DNA from: a virus
Taxonomy: Duplodnaviria; Caudoviricetes
Virus record (IMG/VR): IMGVR_UViG_3300020411_002342
Location: 1-52,456 of that record
DNA length: 52,456 bases
Strand: one strand, 5' to 3'
Below the pieces are notes generated by a model. That model made no database searches. It was given only the letters and a program-made list of their open reading frames with translations, and was not told the origin of the DNA. Within the stretch, counting starts at the first letter, position 1. Every line of letters begins with the position of its first letter. Made by a program: the position numbers and the translations under genes. This document shows positions 15,601-26,313 of the stretch, piece by piece.

Positions 15601-18600
15601 AAAGTAAATGATGATAGATTCCGTTTAGCTTCTGCTGGAATAGGAACAACTTTATCTGATGCAAATTATCTTGCAAAACAATTTGTTGGATTTACTTCTG
15701 TAGGAACTGGAGATCATATTTTCAATTATCCACCAATCTCTGTTAATGTAAAAGGAACTATAGGTGTTAATACAACTACTGCAGAGAATTATCATGCAGT
15801 TGTAAATCCAATTGTAAGAGGATCTATAACTTCTATTAATGTAGAGAAACCTGGTACTGGTTATGGATCACCAACTATATTTAATTTTAGTATTCCACCA
15901 ACTATTAGAGTTTCTTCTGGATCATCTTCAGAATATAAAGCTATTGTTTCTGATGGAAAGATTCAAGATATAATTATTACTCGTTCTGGTGGTGAATATA
16001 CATCCACTCCAGATTTGACAATTTTAGGAGATGGTATTGGTGCTAAAGTAGTTTCTTCTATAGACAGTAATGGAAATGTAAGTAAAGTTACTGTTAAAAA
16101 TGGTGGTGTTGGTTATTCAACTGCTACGGTTTCAGTACAAGAGAATATTCCTGGAACTGGTGCTGTTTTCTTATCAAAAATAGATAGTTGGAATATTGAT
16201 AATGTAAAACGATATGAGGATATTTTTGATAATGATGATGGATTCTTAGTAAGGGGTGATAATGATGAAGGTATTAAATTTACTTCTATGTACGCTCCAA
16301 GAGCGCTTAGAAAGGTCATAAAACAAAAAAATAGTGATAATACCTTAGATTACGCACAAAACGATTTAAGTCTCGTAAACAACGCCGAAGAGGTCTCTGG
16401 CAAGCATTCTCCTATCATTGGTTGGGCATATGATGGTAATCCAATTTATGGACCTTATGGATATGATAGAAAAGATGGTGGTATCGCTCGTCTGATTCGT
16501 TCCAGTTATTCTCTCAAAACTTCCAGAGAGAATGGACCTTCAGTTGCTGATTATCCACTTGGTTTCTTTATTGAGGATTATGAATATCTTGGAAATGGTG
16601 ATCTTGATAGAAATAATGGACGTTTTTGTGTTACTCCTGATTATCCTAGAGGAACTTATGCTTATTTTGCAACCATTAATACAACTGAAAATGAAACTAG
16701 TGGAACTTTTAAAAATTATCGTTCTCCAGTATTCCCCTATCTAATTGGTGAAAAATTTGCAGCCAAACCAAACGATTGGAACTTTACTGAAACAAATAAT
16801 CAATCAAAAGATATTAATACATCAGCTTTTAGGAGAAATACTTATCCATATAAACTTGATTCACCTGGTGCAAGATATTCTGGAATATATGACAGTAGAA
16901 AAATTGCAACTCAAGAAACTGAAGTTAATTATTCATCTCCTGGTGGAATTAATCAATATGAAATTGTAAGTTCTGGTGATAATTATCAAGTTAATGAAAA
17001 ATTAAATATTAGTGATCTTGATAATGGAGATGGTTTCTCTGCTAGAATTTCAAAAGTTGTAGGAAAAGATATTGTTTCTATTGCATCAACTGTTGTCAAA
17101 ATTGATAACGTTGTTTTCACGTATGATAATCAAACTGGAGGTGTTGTAGGACTATCATCTCAGCCACATGGTTTAACTGTAGGAGATAGGATAACAGTTT
17201 CTGGATTATCTACAGATTCTCTTAGACAAATTGATGGTAGACATACAGTTGGATTTAATACTTCATTATTTACTCTTGATAGTGCTGGAATAGGAACAAC
17301 AGGTGCAACAGGAATAGTAACAAGTATTAAAGTATCTGGTGATTTATCACCTAAGAATATTCTCCCTAATGACATTATAGGTATAGGATTAACTGAAAGA
17401 ATGTTAGTTCTAAATGTTGATCCAGTAAATTCAGAATTTAGAGTTCAGAGAGAATATAATGGAACTGTTGGAGCTTCTCATAGTGGAAGTGTTACTGTTA
17501 CTTCTCTAAACAGAGCTATAAACTTTAATCTTGGTATTTCTACAGATATAATCACAAATGTAAATGTTCCATATTATTTTAACCCAATTGAAACTCTGTC
17601 ATTAGGATCTACTGCTGGAGTTGGTGTTGGTTCTACATTATCATATTCATATAGAGTTATTGGTGCTACTACTGCTAATAAATTTGTTTTAAGTCAACAA
17701 GCTTATTTGCCTGATCATAGTTTTGTAGATGGTCAAAAATTAATATATGAAAATGGTGGTGGAACTTCAATACAAGTTTATAATGGTATATCTACTTTCA
17801 CTCTTGCAAATAATACGCCAGTATTTGCTATTAGAGATTCAAAAGATTTATTGGGAATATCAACTAATCCTTTAGGAATTGGTTCTGATGGTTCTGTGGC
17901 TGGTATTGGTTCAACTGCATATAGATTATTCTTTACTGGAAATGGTTCAGGCCAAATGCATAGTTTTAAACCACAAAAGACAGAAATTACTGGTTTTGTT
18001 GAAAAGGTGGTAGGAACCGTTGTATGTAAGGAAGATCATAATTTATTACAGAATGATACTGTTTCTATATCATTGACACCAGGTATCAGTACTACTCATT
18101 ATGTTGAATATGATGATGGTTCTAAGAGAACTATAATAGATGCAAAAACCTTTGGTGCTTCATCTGTTAATACATCAGAAAATACAATAACCATTAATAA
18201 TCATGGTTATAAAACAGGAGATAAAATTCTTTATAGATCATCTGGAACTGTAATTGCTCCATTGATTAATCATGAAATTTATTTTATTGTTAGAATAGAT
18301 GATAATAAATTTAAATTATCTAAAACTTATCACAGTTCTACTCTTCTTGTTCCTGAAATTATTGGATTAACAAGTACTGGATCTGGACATAAAATTGGAT
18401 TGATTAATCCATCATTATCTCTTACTCGTGGTTATAAAGTTGGTTTTGCTGTATCAGATACTTCATTAAGTCAAACTATTTCTGGAAACAAGAGACACAT
18501 CTTTAATTTTGATCTTTTTAATGACAAAAACTTTACTAATCCATATTATACCAATCAAAAAGATACTGGTTTCCAAGTTGTAGGTGTTGGTACTGTAGGT

Positions 18601-21600
18601 GTAACATCAACTGCATCAGTTGATTTACAATTAACAGATAATAGTCCTTCGGAATTATTTTATAGGTTAACACCAGTTAATTTGGGTATTGATGCTGACG
18701 CTAAACGTGATCCTGTTGTAGATACTGATGTTATTAATTATTCATCATTAAAAATTAACGATAGTACTTATAATGGAACTTATACTATTACTGGAATAGG
18801 TAGTACAACATTTACTTTTAATATTCCATATTTACCAGAAAGAGATTCTTATAAAGATAATGAAGCTGTTATTTTAAAATATTCAACTTCATCAACAAGA
18901 GCTTCTGGTCCAATTGACAAACTTAATATTGTTTCAAAAGGTAGAGGATATAAAACTGTACCAGTTGTAACTTCTATTGGGTCTACTCAAGGCACTGGTG
19001 GTCTTATTAGGTTAAACAGTACAGATGTTGGTGTATTAAGAAGATATACAACTAAAAATATTGGTTTTGATTATTCTGCCGATAAAACTATTCAACCATC
19101 TGTGCAATTACCACAAATTCTTCGATTAGATAGACTTTCTACTATTGATAATATTGGTATAACATCTGCTGGTAAAAATTATGTAGAAGCACCAAATCTT
19201 GTTGTTATTGATAGAGTAACTAATGAAGTTAATGAAGATGTAGTTACTGAATTGGAACTTCAAGGAACATCTATTTCAAAGGTCAATTTACTTAGAAACA
19301 CAAATAATCTTTATGATACTAATCCAAAAATTGTAACAACTAATAATTCAAATGGTGTTAAAGTAATAGGACTTTCATATACAAGTGGAACAAATCTTGT
19401 AACTTTGACTCTTGATGGAACATATACAACTTCCACATATCCATTTACAATAGGTAAGGAAATATATGTAGAAAATATTGGTATTGGTTCAACTGGAAGT
19501 GGATATAATTCATCTAATTACAATTATAAACCATTTACTGTTACTGGAGTTAATACAAATCCAGGTGGAGGAAATGCTACTGTTTCTTATAATTTAGATT
19601 CTTCGGTAACAAGTCCAGGTATCTTTAGTGGACCTTCATCATCTGGTACAGTTATACGATATGAAGATATGCCCATCTTCAATGTTACTGTAAAACCAAA
19701 TAAATTCTCCGATGGTGAAATTATTAGTACTGGTGATAAATCTGGTATAGTTGTTTCATGGAATGAAGATAATAAGTATATCAAAGTTTTATCCAATGAT
19801 ACCTTTGATAAAGGTGAAAAAATTAATGGACAATCATCAAAATCAGTTGCTGTTATAGAGCAAACTAATAAATTTGATTCTGTATTTAATATAACTTCAA
19901 ATGCACAAGTTATATCTGGATGGCAAAGAGAAACTGGTTTCTTGAATGATGAACTTCAAAGGTTACAAGATAATCAGTATTATAATACTTTTGCTTATTC
20001 ATTAGGAAGTGTAATAGATTATGATACTTGGAGAGATCCTGTTAATAGTTTAGGTCATGTTGTTGGATTTAAGAATTTTGCAGATGTTAATGTAGTTTCT
20101 ATTGCTGGTACTGATGCTAAAAATCGTTCAAATGCAAACGTCACAGTTGGTGATGCTGTTGCTGTAACGATTACCGATCTTATTAGTGAAAAAGAATCTA
20201 TTCATAATACATATGATTTTGATTTAGTAAGAGAAAATTCAAAGAGAATTGATGATAAAACAATAGCTTCTGATGAGATATTTTTTGATAATAAAATTAT
20301 CACAGATTATATTGAGGCAAGAAGTAATCGTGCTCTTTCCATTGATAGTGTAAGTTCTGAATTTAATGATCTTCCAAGAGCAACCGCATATTCTAATATT
20401 GGTGATTTTAACACTGACGAGGTAAGAAGTGCCAAGTATTATGTTCTTTTATTTGATAGAAGATATCCTGGTGAAAAAGAAATTATCCAAGTTAATGTTC
20501 TTCATGATGATAATCTTGGATACATTATGCCTTTTGGTAGAGTAGAAACTGAGATTGATCTTGGAACATTTGACTTTGATGTCACTGGTAAAGTTGGTAC
20601 TTTAAGATTTTTACCATCAAAATATAAAGTTAATAACTATGCTTTAAGATTATTTGCGATACAAGAATTTAATGAAACAGATTCAACTGGAATTGGTTCC
20701 ACAACATTTGGAACTGGATATCATATTGAGTCTAAAGCTGTTGGTGTTGGAACTAATGGTGATACACCTTTCCAAGTTGTTGGTTTAGGAACTGCAGGAG
20801 GAACAACTACTACAAAATTACTTGTATTAACAAATGAGACTAGTGGAAATCAAAGGAGTCAACTTAATGAATTAGTTGTAATGCAACATGGTTCTGAAGT
20901 TTATATGATTGATTATGCTCAAATGATCAATGAAAATATATCAGAAACTAACTCACCTAGCGTAGGTTTAGGTACTTTTGGTGCTGATGTAAGATCTGGT
21001 ATTGCAACTGTTTACTTTACACCTGTAACTGGTGTTGGTGTAACAATGAGAGTTCATCAAACTTCAATAGATTCTAATGCATCTGGTATAGGAAGTGATT
21101 TATATTCTCTAACTCAAGTATTAACTACAACAACAGATATTGCTGCTACCAGTTCTCCACAACCAACACGTATTAGTGGTTTTGGTTCTAATAGTTATCA
21201 AGCTGCAGATTGTTTAATTGAGATTACAGATACTACTAATGATAGAAGAGCTGTTACTCAAGTAACAATGATACATGATGGAACAACACCTTATTTCTCT
21301 GAATGGGGATATTTTGATACTTTCAATGGAACTGGTATTGGAACAATTGGTGTTGGTTATTCATCTACATCTGGTGGTGATTTAGAACTTAGACTTACAC
21401 CTCCAGCAAGTACAGCAGTTAAGACAAAAGTACTTCAATACAATATGACAGAAACTGGTGGTTCAGCTGCTGGAATTGTAACATTCACTAATAGTAGAAT
21501 CGAGGCTACAGATTCTTTATATACTGGAACAGAAAATGATGTTAAATTCTCGTTTGATTTAAAACATGCAGGATCTCCAGTATTCCATAAAGTATTTGAT

Positions 21601-24600
21601 TCTTCTGACCCAGCAGTAGTTGATGTAACTAATGATACTTTTATAGTAGATAACCATTTCTTCACTACTGGTGAAAAAATTACATATACTCCAACTGGTA
21701 CTGGTACAACAATGAGTATCGGTATTGCTTCTACAACTGTTGTAGGGTTTGGAACTACTGATAAACTTCCATCAACATCTTATGTTGTTAAAATAGCTGA
21801 AAATAAATTTAAACTTTGTGGTACTGCTACTGAAGCATTAAAAGCAGCTCCTACAGTATTTAATCTTAGCGCTGTTGGTGTTGGAACTACACATGCATTT
21901 ACTTCAGGAGATCTAAATTCCAAGATGATTGTGACTCTTGATAATAATATTCAAAGTCCTGTTATTCAATCTCCAATTAATACTAAGTTAAGTTTTGATG
22001 CTCCAACAACAACTGACTTTATAACTTTGGTTGGTATATCATCATTCTATTCTGGTGATGTTATTAAAGTTGGCGATGAATTTATGAAAGTTGATACTGT
22101 TGGTATTGGATCTACAAATCAAATACTTGTGAAGAGAGGTCAACTTAACTCAGATATTGTTGCTCATAGTGCAAATGATACTGTTACTAAGTATTTGGGT
22201 AATTATCAAATAGTTAAGGATTCTATTAACTTTACTGATGCACCAAAAGGTGCAAAAGGCCCTGCAGGTTTAACAACTACATCAACATTTACTGGTAGAG
22301 CATTTATAAGAAGTGGTACTTCTTTAGGAGATATTGATACTTATGCAAATAACCATGTATTTGATACTGTTGAAGATCAATTTACTGGAATAGCAACAAA
22401 CTTTATTCTTAAATCTGGTGGACAGAATATAACAGGTTTTGCAACTAATTCTGCAGTTCTTCTCTTGAATGAAATATTCCAGAATCCTGCCAATGATTAT
22501 AATGTTGTAGAGACTGCTGGTATTACATCAGTTAGTTTTACTGGTGCAGGAGTATCTGTATCTTATGATGTTAATGTTTCTTCTATTCCTAGAGGTGGTG
22601 TTATTGTTTCTGTTGCTGAAACTTCAAACTTTGGATATCAACCATTAGTTGCTGCAGGTGGTACTGCAATTGTATCTGCTGCTGGAACAGTAGAATCTGT
22701 ATCTATAGGAAATAGTGGTTCTGGTTATAGAGTAGGACTTCAAACGAATATTCTTGTTACAACCCTTACAAGTTCTGGTATTGTTACTATTGGTACTGCA
22801 AATGTTGATGCAGGTATAGTAACTTCAGTTACTATTACTAATGGTGGTGGTTCTGGATTTAGTTCTGCAAGTCCACCAAAACTTGATATCGAACCACCTC
22901 TTAACTATGAAAATATCAAGTTAGTTGGAAGTTCTACTGGTATTGGTGCATCTATCTCTGTTCGTGTTGGTGCTGCAACAAGTGTTATTGATTGGACTAT
23001 CACAAATTATGGTTATAACTATAAGGTTGATGATGTTCTTTATCTTGAAGAGAATGGTCAAGCTGGTATACCAACAGATGCATCTGCTGGTGTTGCATTT
23101 ACATCATTCAGATTAACTGTTGATAAAGTATTTAATGATAGTTTCACTGGTTGGACATTTGGTGAACTCGAAAAGTTGAATACATTTGAAGATTTATTTG
23201 ATGGTGTTAGAACTTCATTCCCATTGAAGAAAACAATTGGTGCAGTTGCAACTCCAATTACTTTAAGAGCTGGAAAAGGTTCTCCTATTAAGGTAGAAGA
23301 TAATACTTTGATATTCTTGAATGATGTTCTTCAGATTCCTTTTGAGAGTTATAGTTTTAAAGGAGGATCACAAGTTACATTCTCTGAAGCTCCTAAAAAA
23401 GGAGATAAGGTAAGAATATACTTCTTCAGAGGATCTGATAGTGATGTAATTGATGTTGATATATTAGAAACTGTTAAACCTGGCGATAAATTAACTATCA
23501 ATACATATCCAGAAACTGGTCTTAGTTATGAATTCCAACAAGAATCCAGAACAATTACAGGTATCAGTACTGCTGATGCTGTTACAACTAATACCTACAT
23601 AGATATTGGTATTACTACAAATAGAACCCTTTTAAGACCTGCAACTTGGAAGAAACAAACACAAGATGTAATAATTGGTAATATTGGAATTGGAAAAGAT
23701 AGATCAGAATTAGAAGCTGGTATTAGACCAACTGCATATATCATTAATAATGTTGCAGCAGGATCAACCGAAGTATTCACAGATACCGCTTATCCTTTGT
23801 TTAATCAAGTTGATGATATAGTAGAAGGTAAGCAAAGTGTTGTTATTCTTGATAAAACAACAAAAACAGGTGCTGCAGCAACAGCTATTGTTTCCGCTGC
23901 TGGTACTATATCAAGTGTAGTTATTTCTGATGGTGGATCTGGATATACTTCTGCACCTATGGTTTCTATAGGTGTTACTGCTGGTATAGGTACTGTACAT
24001 GCTGGTATAGGTACTACAGAATCAACTAATGCATATGCTTATGCTACTGTTTCTGGTCTTGGTACAATATCTGCTGTTACTATTGAAGCTCCTGGTGCTG
24101 GTTATACCAATACAAGTCCTCCAAAGGTTCTTGTTGCTCCAGAGGCTCAAACAGATGATAAATTATCAAGTGTCAAATATGATGGTGATTTTGGTATTAT
24201 AACTGGTATTGGTACTACTTCTGTTGTAGGTATTGCAACTACAGGATTGACATTTGATTTACATATTCCAAAAGGATCTGTTCTTAGAGATACATCTGTT
24301 GTTTCTTCTGCTTCCACTGTAAGTGGTATTCAAACTGGATATTACTTTATTGCATATAATACTAATGTTGGAGGTGGATTAACCTCATATTCGGATGCAA
24401 CAGGAACAACATCTGTTGGTATTGGTACATCCTTTATAGATAATATATACAGAGTACAAAGTGTTGAAACTGTACTTGCATCAGCACATGGAATTGGTCA
24501 TACAGCTCTGAGAAGAGTAACTGTGAGTGTAAGTTCAACAGAAGGTGTTGGTATTGGTTCAAGTTCTTACTTTGGTGAATATTCATGGGGTAGATTATAC

Positions 24601-24714
24601 GATTTCGTTAAATCGGATACAAAATCCTTTAATGCAATTAATGATGATGGTGTAACTGGTATAATAACAGGTCCAGTTATCGTCAGAACAAGAGATTTAA
24701 AAGAATCTTATTAA
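12679..24714 (+). CDS. gp7: Giant baseplate wedge initiator, gp7-like (4011 aa)
   Basis: Lies between gp6 and gp8. QLPEFV..ENPLFVDFMKQYY, FYKTKGT..AYKILFRALYGE, LQDNQYY..FAYSL motifs. Many beta-rich repeats. Confidence 0.85.
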   Translation: MIDTSVQRVKVSQVIENQLPEFVQAENPLFVDFMKQYYISQEFQGGTIDIAENLDRYTKLQTFVGTALTEYTGLSTDTQNYSKTIYVDTTDGYPAKYGLLKIDDEIITYTGVGTTSFTGCIRGFSGVDSMDQPNRPDLLSFKTSVGAAHTGGTKVYNLSNLFIREFFSKLKTTFASGFENRKLDSDLDQVKFIRQVKDFYKTKGTDEAYKILFRALYGEEVKVIKPSEFLLRPSDADYQLTQDFIVKSITGDPRALKSSTLVQDKDDNDENILGASGAISDVKDFMYGGEHYYQISVSKDSINGNFDIPGRTRLTNAVSIGGTVLTVDTTVGFPTSGSVSIANGDPSGIVTYTNKTLNQFTGLSTMRSAFKVGDDVRYGNVAYGYSVGNLSKKIEVLITGVLGEFDIPETTFYFDKKDKIRVGSFGVNKSIQDQHFNSWIHNVSVRHAPKSVTEISLGTFNIETTSSNDFLEEDFVEILDGDDKIYGVGRVTSVISNNVFVLSDIPGVDIAEIQYVRRRINRGNSIVHDNITKYTTDVQNTYEHAESSCVYVASPSIPSLGNEPITASDRSVEWSGTTDGTEVQVTTGADDHGFYSGEVVKFSIVSGHNNLTDGKNYYIKRVSSNNVQFANSLPDLVQNTFVDSTGTGTFKISVPDIANKKLEHQKLLKKIPINPDFDGSQYETTAATSTGILINGTEIYNYKSGDVIFYGGVKSIDVLEGGSGYDLITPPTVTIESTSGSGVTATANIKGQFERIDIVDPGFDYIDEPVVEISGGNGSNAVARSRLRLIDHFIDFDASSTGDRINIANDTIGFTTFHKFRDGEPVIYQTFNTGAIGIASAGITTDQIQTTPDQRLVDNEIYYIAKVDASTIKLANTREEALSKSNLLNLTGYADGTQRFQSLERKKVLGDIIIDNPGEGFENKRRLVKPAGINTYSDYIEYTGHGFKDGEIVQYSFDGTGIGGIDTEQQYYVLKVNDDRFRLASAGIGTTLSDANYLAKQFVGFTSVGTGDHIFNYPPISVNVKGTIGVNTTTAENYHAVVNPIVRGSITSINVEKPGTGYGSPTIFNFSIPPTIRVSSGSSSEYKAIVSDGKIQDIIITRSGGEYTSTPDLTILGDGIGAKVVSSIDSNGNVSKVTVKNGGVGYSTATVSVQENIPGTGAVFLSKIDSWNIDNVKRYEDIFDNDDGFLVRGDNDEGIKFTSMYAPRALRKVIKQKNSDNTLDYAQNDLSLVNNAEEVSGKHSPIIGWAYDGNPIYGPYGYDRKDGGIARLIRSSYSLKTSRENGPSVADYPLGFFIEDYEYLGNGDLDRNNGRFCVTPDYPRGTYAYFATINTTENETSGTFKNYRSPVFPYLIGEKFAAKPNDWNFTETNNQSKDINTSAFRRNTYPYKLDSPGARYSGIYDSRKIATQETEVNYSSPGGINQYEIVSSGDNYQVNEKLNISDLDNGDGFSARISKVVGKDIVSIASTVVKIDNVVFTYDNQTGGVVGLSSQPHGLTVGDRITVSGLSTDSLRQIDGRHTVGFNTSLFTLDSAGIGTTGATGIVTSIKVSGDLSPKNILPNDIIGIGLTERMLVLNVDPVNSEFRVQREYNGTVGASHSGSVTVTSLNRAINFNLGISTDIITNVNVPYYFNPIETLSLGSTAGVGVGSTLSYSYRVIGATTANKFVLSQQAYLPDHSFVDGQKLIYENGGGTSIQVYNGISTFTLANNTPVFAIRDSKDLLGISTNPLGIGSDGSVAGIGSTAYRLFFTGNGSGQMHSFKPQKTEITGFVEKVVGTVVCKEDHNLLQNDTVSISLTPGISTTHYVEYDDGSKRTIIDAKTFGASSVNTSENTITINNHGYKTGDKILYRSSGTVIAPLINHEIYFIVRIDDNKFKLSKTYHSSTLLVPEIIGLTSTGSGHKIGLINPSLSLTRGYKVGFAVSDTSLSQTISGNKRHIFNFDLFNDKNFTNPYYTNQKDTGFQVVGVGTVGVTSTASVDLQLTDNSPSELFYRLTPVNLGIDADAKRDPVVDTDVINYSSLKINDSTYNGTYTITGIGSTTFTFNIPYLPERDSYKDNEAVILKYSTSSTRASGPIDKLNIVSKGRGYKTVPVVTSIGSTQGTGGLIRLNSTDVGVLRRYTTKNIGFDYSADKTIQPSVQLPQILRLDRLSTIDNIGITSAGKNYVEAPNLVVIDRVTNEVNEDVVTELELQGTSISKVNLLRNTNNLYDTNPKIVTTNNSNGVKVIGLSYTSGTNLVTLTLDGTYTTSTYPFTIGKEIYVENIGIGSTGSGYNSSNYNYKPFTVTGVNTNPGGGNATVSYNLDSSVTSPGIFSGPSSSGTVIRYEDMPIFNVTVKPNKFSDGEIISTGDKSGIVVSWNEDNKYIKVLSNDTFDKGEKINGQSSKSVAVIEQTNKFDSVFNITSNAQVISGWQRETGFLNDELQRLQDNQYYNTFAYSLGSVIDYDTWRDPVNSLGHVVGFKNFADVNVVSIAGTDAKNRSNANVTVGDAVAVTITDLISEKESIHNTYDFDLVRENSKRIDDKTIASDEIFFDNKIITDYIEARSNRALSIDSVSSEFNDLPRATAYSNIGDFNTDEVRSAKYYVLLFDRRYPGEKEIIQVNVLHDDNLGYIMPFGRVETEIDLGTFDFDVTGKVGTLRFLPSKYKVNNYALRLFAIQEFNETDSTGIGSTTFGTGYHIESKAVGVGTNGDTPFQVVGLGTAGGTTTTKLLVLTNETSGNQRSQLNELVVMQHGSEVYMIDYAQMINENISETNSPSVGLGTFGADVRSGIATVYFTPVTGVGVTMRVHQTSIDSNASGIGSDLYSLTQVLTTTTDIAATSSPQPTRISGFGSNSYQAADCLIEITDTTNDRRAVTQVTMIHDGTTPYFSEWGYFDTFNGTGIGTIGVGYSSTSGGDLELRLTPPASTAVKTKVLQYNMTETGGSAAGIVTFTNSRIEATDSLYTGTENDVKFSFDLKHAGSPVFHKVFDSSDPAVVDVTNDTFIVDNHFFTTGEKITYTPTGTGTTMSIGIASTTVVGFGTTDKLPSTSYVVKIAENKFKLCGTATEALKAAPTVFNLSAVGVGTTHAFTSGDLNSKMIVTLDNNIQSPVIQSPINTKLSFDAPTTTDFITLVGISSFYSGDVIKVGDEFMKVDTVGIGSTNQILVKRGQLNSDIVAHSANDTVTKYLGNYQIVKDSINFTDAPKGAKGPAGLTTTSTFTGRAFIRSGTSLGDIDTYANNHVFDTVEDQFTGIATNFILKSGGQNITGFATNSAVLLLNEIFQNPANDYNVVETAGITSVSFTGAGVSVSYDVNVSSIPRGGVIVSVAETSNFGYQPLVAAGGTAIVSAAGTVESVSIGNSGSGYRVGLQTNILVTTLTSSGIVTIGTANVDAGIVTSVTITNGGGSGFSSASPPKLDIEPPLNYENIKLVGSSTGIGASISVRVGAATSVIDWTITNYGYNYKVDDVLYLEENGQAGIPTDASAGVAFTSFRLTVDKVFNDSFTGWTFGELEKLNTFEDLFDGVRTSFPLKKTIGAVATPITLRAGKGSPIKVEDNTLIFLNDVLQIPFESYSFKGGSQVTFSEAPKKGDKVRIYFFRGSDSDVIDVDILETVKPGDKLTINTYPETGLSYEFQQESRTITGISTADAVTTNTYIDIGITTNRTLLRPATWKKQTQDVIIGNIGIGKDRSELEAGIRPTAYIINNVAAGSTEVFTDTAYPLFNQVDDIVEGKQSVVILDKTTKTGAAATAIVSAAGTISSVVISDGGSGYTSAPMVSIGVTAGIGTVHAGIGTTESTNAYAYATVSGLGTISAVTIEAPGAGYTNTSPPKVLVAPEAQTDDKLSSVKYDGDFGIITGIGTTSVVGIATTGLTFDLHIPKGSVLRDTSVVSSASTVSGIQTGYYFIAYNTNVGGGLTSYSDATGTTSVGIGTSFIDNIYRVQSVETVLASAHGIGHTALRRVTVSVSSTEGVGIGSSSYFGEYSWGRLYDFVKSDTKSFNAINDDGVTGIITGPVIVRTRDLKESY

Positions 24715-24719
24715 TTAAA

Positions 24720-24727
24720 CATAAATA
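24720..24727 (+). promoter_or_regulatory. T4-type late promoter
   Basis: CATAAATA upstream of gp8. Confidence 0.65.
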
Positions 24728-24747
24728 AAACTAAAAGTTAATTTACA

Positions 24748-26307
24748 ATGTCGGCAATTATAACTGATCAGCTTCGTATATTAAACTGTGAAAATTTTGT
24801 CGCAGGAGTAGCTTCTACTAGTAATAGTTATTATTCCTGGATAGGTCTTCCTAATGCTGCTGAATTTCAATCTGATTGGGATTCAAATCCTCCTGCACCA
24901 AAAGATGCATTTAGTGAGGAGAATGATGCATGGGATACAATGATTGCATTGAAGAAGATAAACGCAGCTGATATTTCTAGAGTAGTTAGAAAAATTACTT
25001 GGACATCTGGTACAACATATGAGATGTATCGTGATGATTATTCACGTTCAAATTTATCTCCTCAAACAAGTTCGACGAATTTATATGATACGAATTATTA
25101 TGTAATGAATCAAGATTATAGAGTCTATATTTGTTTGCAGAATGGAACTAATCCAGAAAACAGTAATGGTAGACCTTCTCTTGATGAACCTTTATTTACA
25201 GATTTAGAACCAAGATCTGCTGGTGGTTCTGGAGATGGATATATTTGGAAATATCTTTTTACTATTAATCCAAATAATCTTATAAAATTTGATTCAACAA
25301 GTTTTATTCCTTTACCTTCTGATTGGTCATCAAGTACTTCTGTTGCTGCGGTAAGAGATAATGCTTCTACTAGTGGACAACTTAAAATCGTAACTATTAC
25401 AAATCGTGGTGTTGGTTATGGTACTGCTGCAACTTATAACAATGTTCCTATTGAAGGAGACGGTAGTGGTGCTAAATGTTCTGTTGTTGTAAATGCTGCT
25501 GGTAAAATAGATTCTGTTGAGGTTACTAATGGTGGTTCTGATTATACATTTGGAAGTGTTAATTTAGAACAAGTTGGTCTTACCAATCCATCAGGTTCTA
25601 CTGATGCTGGATTTAATGTTATTATTCCACCTCAAGATGGTCATGGTGCTGATATATATCGAGAATTGGGTGCAAATCGTGTTTTGATATATTCTCGTCT
25701 TGAGAATGATACATCAAATCCAGATTTTATTACAGGTAACCAATTCGCTAGAGTTGGTCTTGTTAAAGATCCATATGCATATGGATCAACAAATAAATTA
25801 ACAACTTCAAAAGCTAGTGCTGTTTACGCTCTAAAATTAACAGGTGCTGGTGCAACTACTACTACATTTACAACAGATTCTGAAATAACTCAAAGAATTG
25901 GAGTTGGTTCTACTGCTGTTGGTAGGGTTATTAATTGGGATTCTACAACTGGAGTTCTTAAATATTGGCAAGACAGAAGACTTGCTATTTCTACTGACGG
26001 AAATGCACCAACTTACGGATATAATCTATTTGGATTTAATGCAGATCCTACAACTGGTGCTGGAACTACTATTTTTGGTGGATCTAGTAACTTAAATATA
26101 GATACTAACTTTGGTACTGCTCTATCACCAGGTCTTTCTACATCAATAAATAGTAGAACATACAACTTAGGTATGAGTTTTGTTAAGGGAATTGCTAATC
26201 CCGAAGTTGAAAAACACAGTGGTGATATTATCTACGTAGACAATAGGGCATCTGTTACACGTAGTTCACAACAAAAAGAAGACATAAAAATTGTATTGGA
26301 ATTCTAA
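24748..26307 (+). CDS. gp8: Baseplate wedge subunit gp8
   Basis: MSAIITDQLRILN, YRVYICLQNG, DGYIWKYLFTI, QKEDIKIVLEF. Confidence 0.93.
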   Translation: MSAIITDQLRILNCENFVAGVASTSNSYYSWIGLPNAAEFQSDWDSNPPAPKDAFSEENDAWDTMIALKKINAADISRVVRKITWTSGTTYEMYRDDYSRSNLSPQTSSTNLYDTNYYVMNQDYRVYICLQNGTNPENSNGRPSLDEPLFTDLEPRSAGGSGDGYIWKYLFTINPNNLIKFDSTSFIPLPSDWSSSTSVAAVRDNASTSGQLKIVTITNRGVGYGTAATYNNVPIEGDGSGAKCSVVVNAAGKIDSVEVTNGGSDYTFGSVNLEQVGLTNPSGSTDAGFNVIIPPQDGHGADIYRELGANRVLIYSRLENDTSNPDFITGNQFARVGLVKDPYAYGSTNKLTTSKASAVYALKLTGAGATTTTFTTDSEITQRIGVGSTAVGRVINWDSTTGVLKYWQDRRLAISTDGNAPTYGYNLFGFNADPTTGAGTTIFGGSSNLNIDTNFGTALSPGLSTSINSRTYNLGMSFVKGIANPEVEKHSGDIIYVDNRASVTRSSQQKEDIKIVLEF

Positions 26308-26313
26308 AGAACT

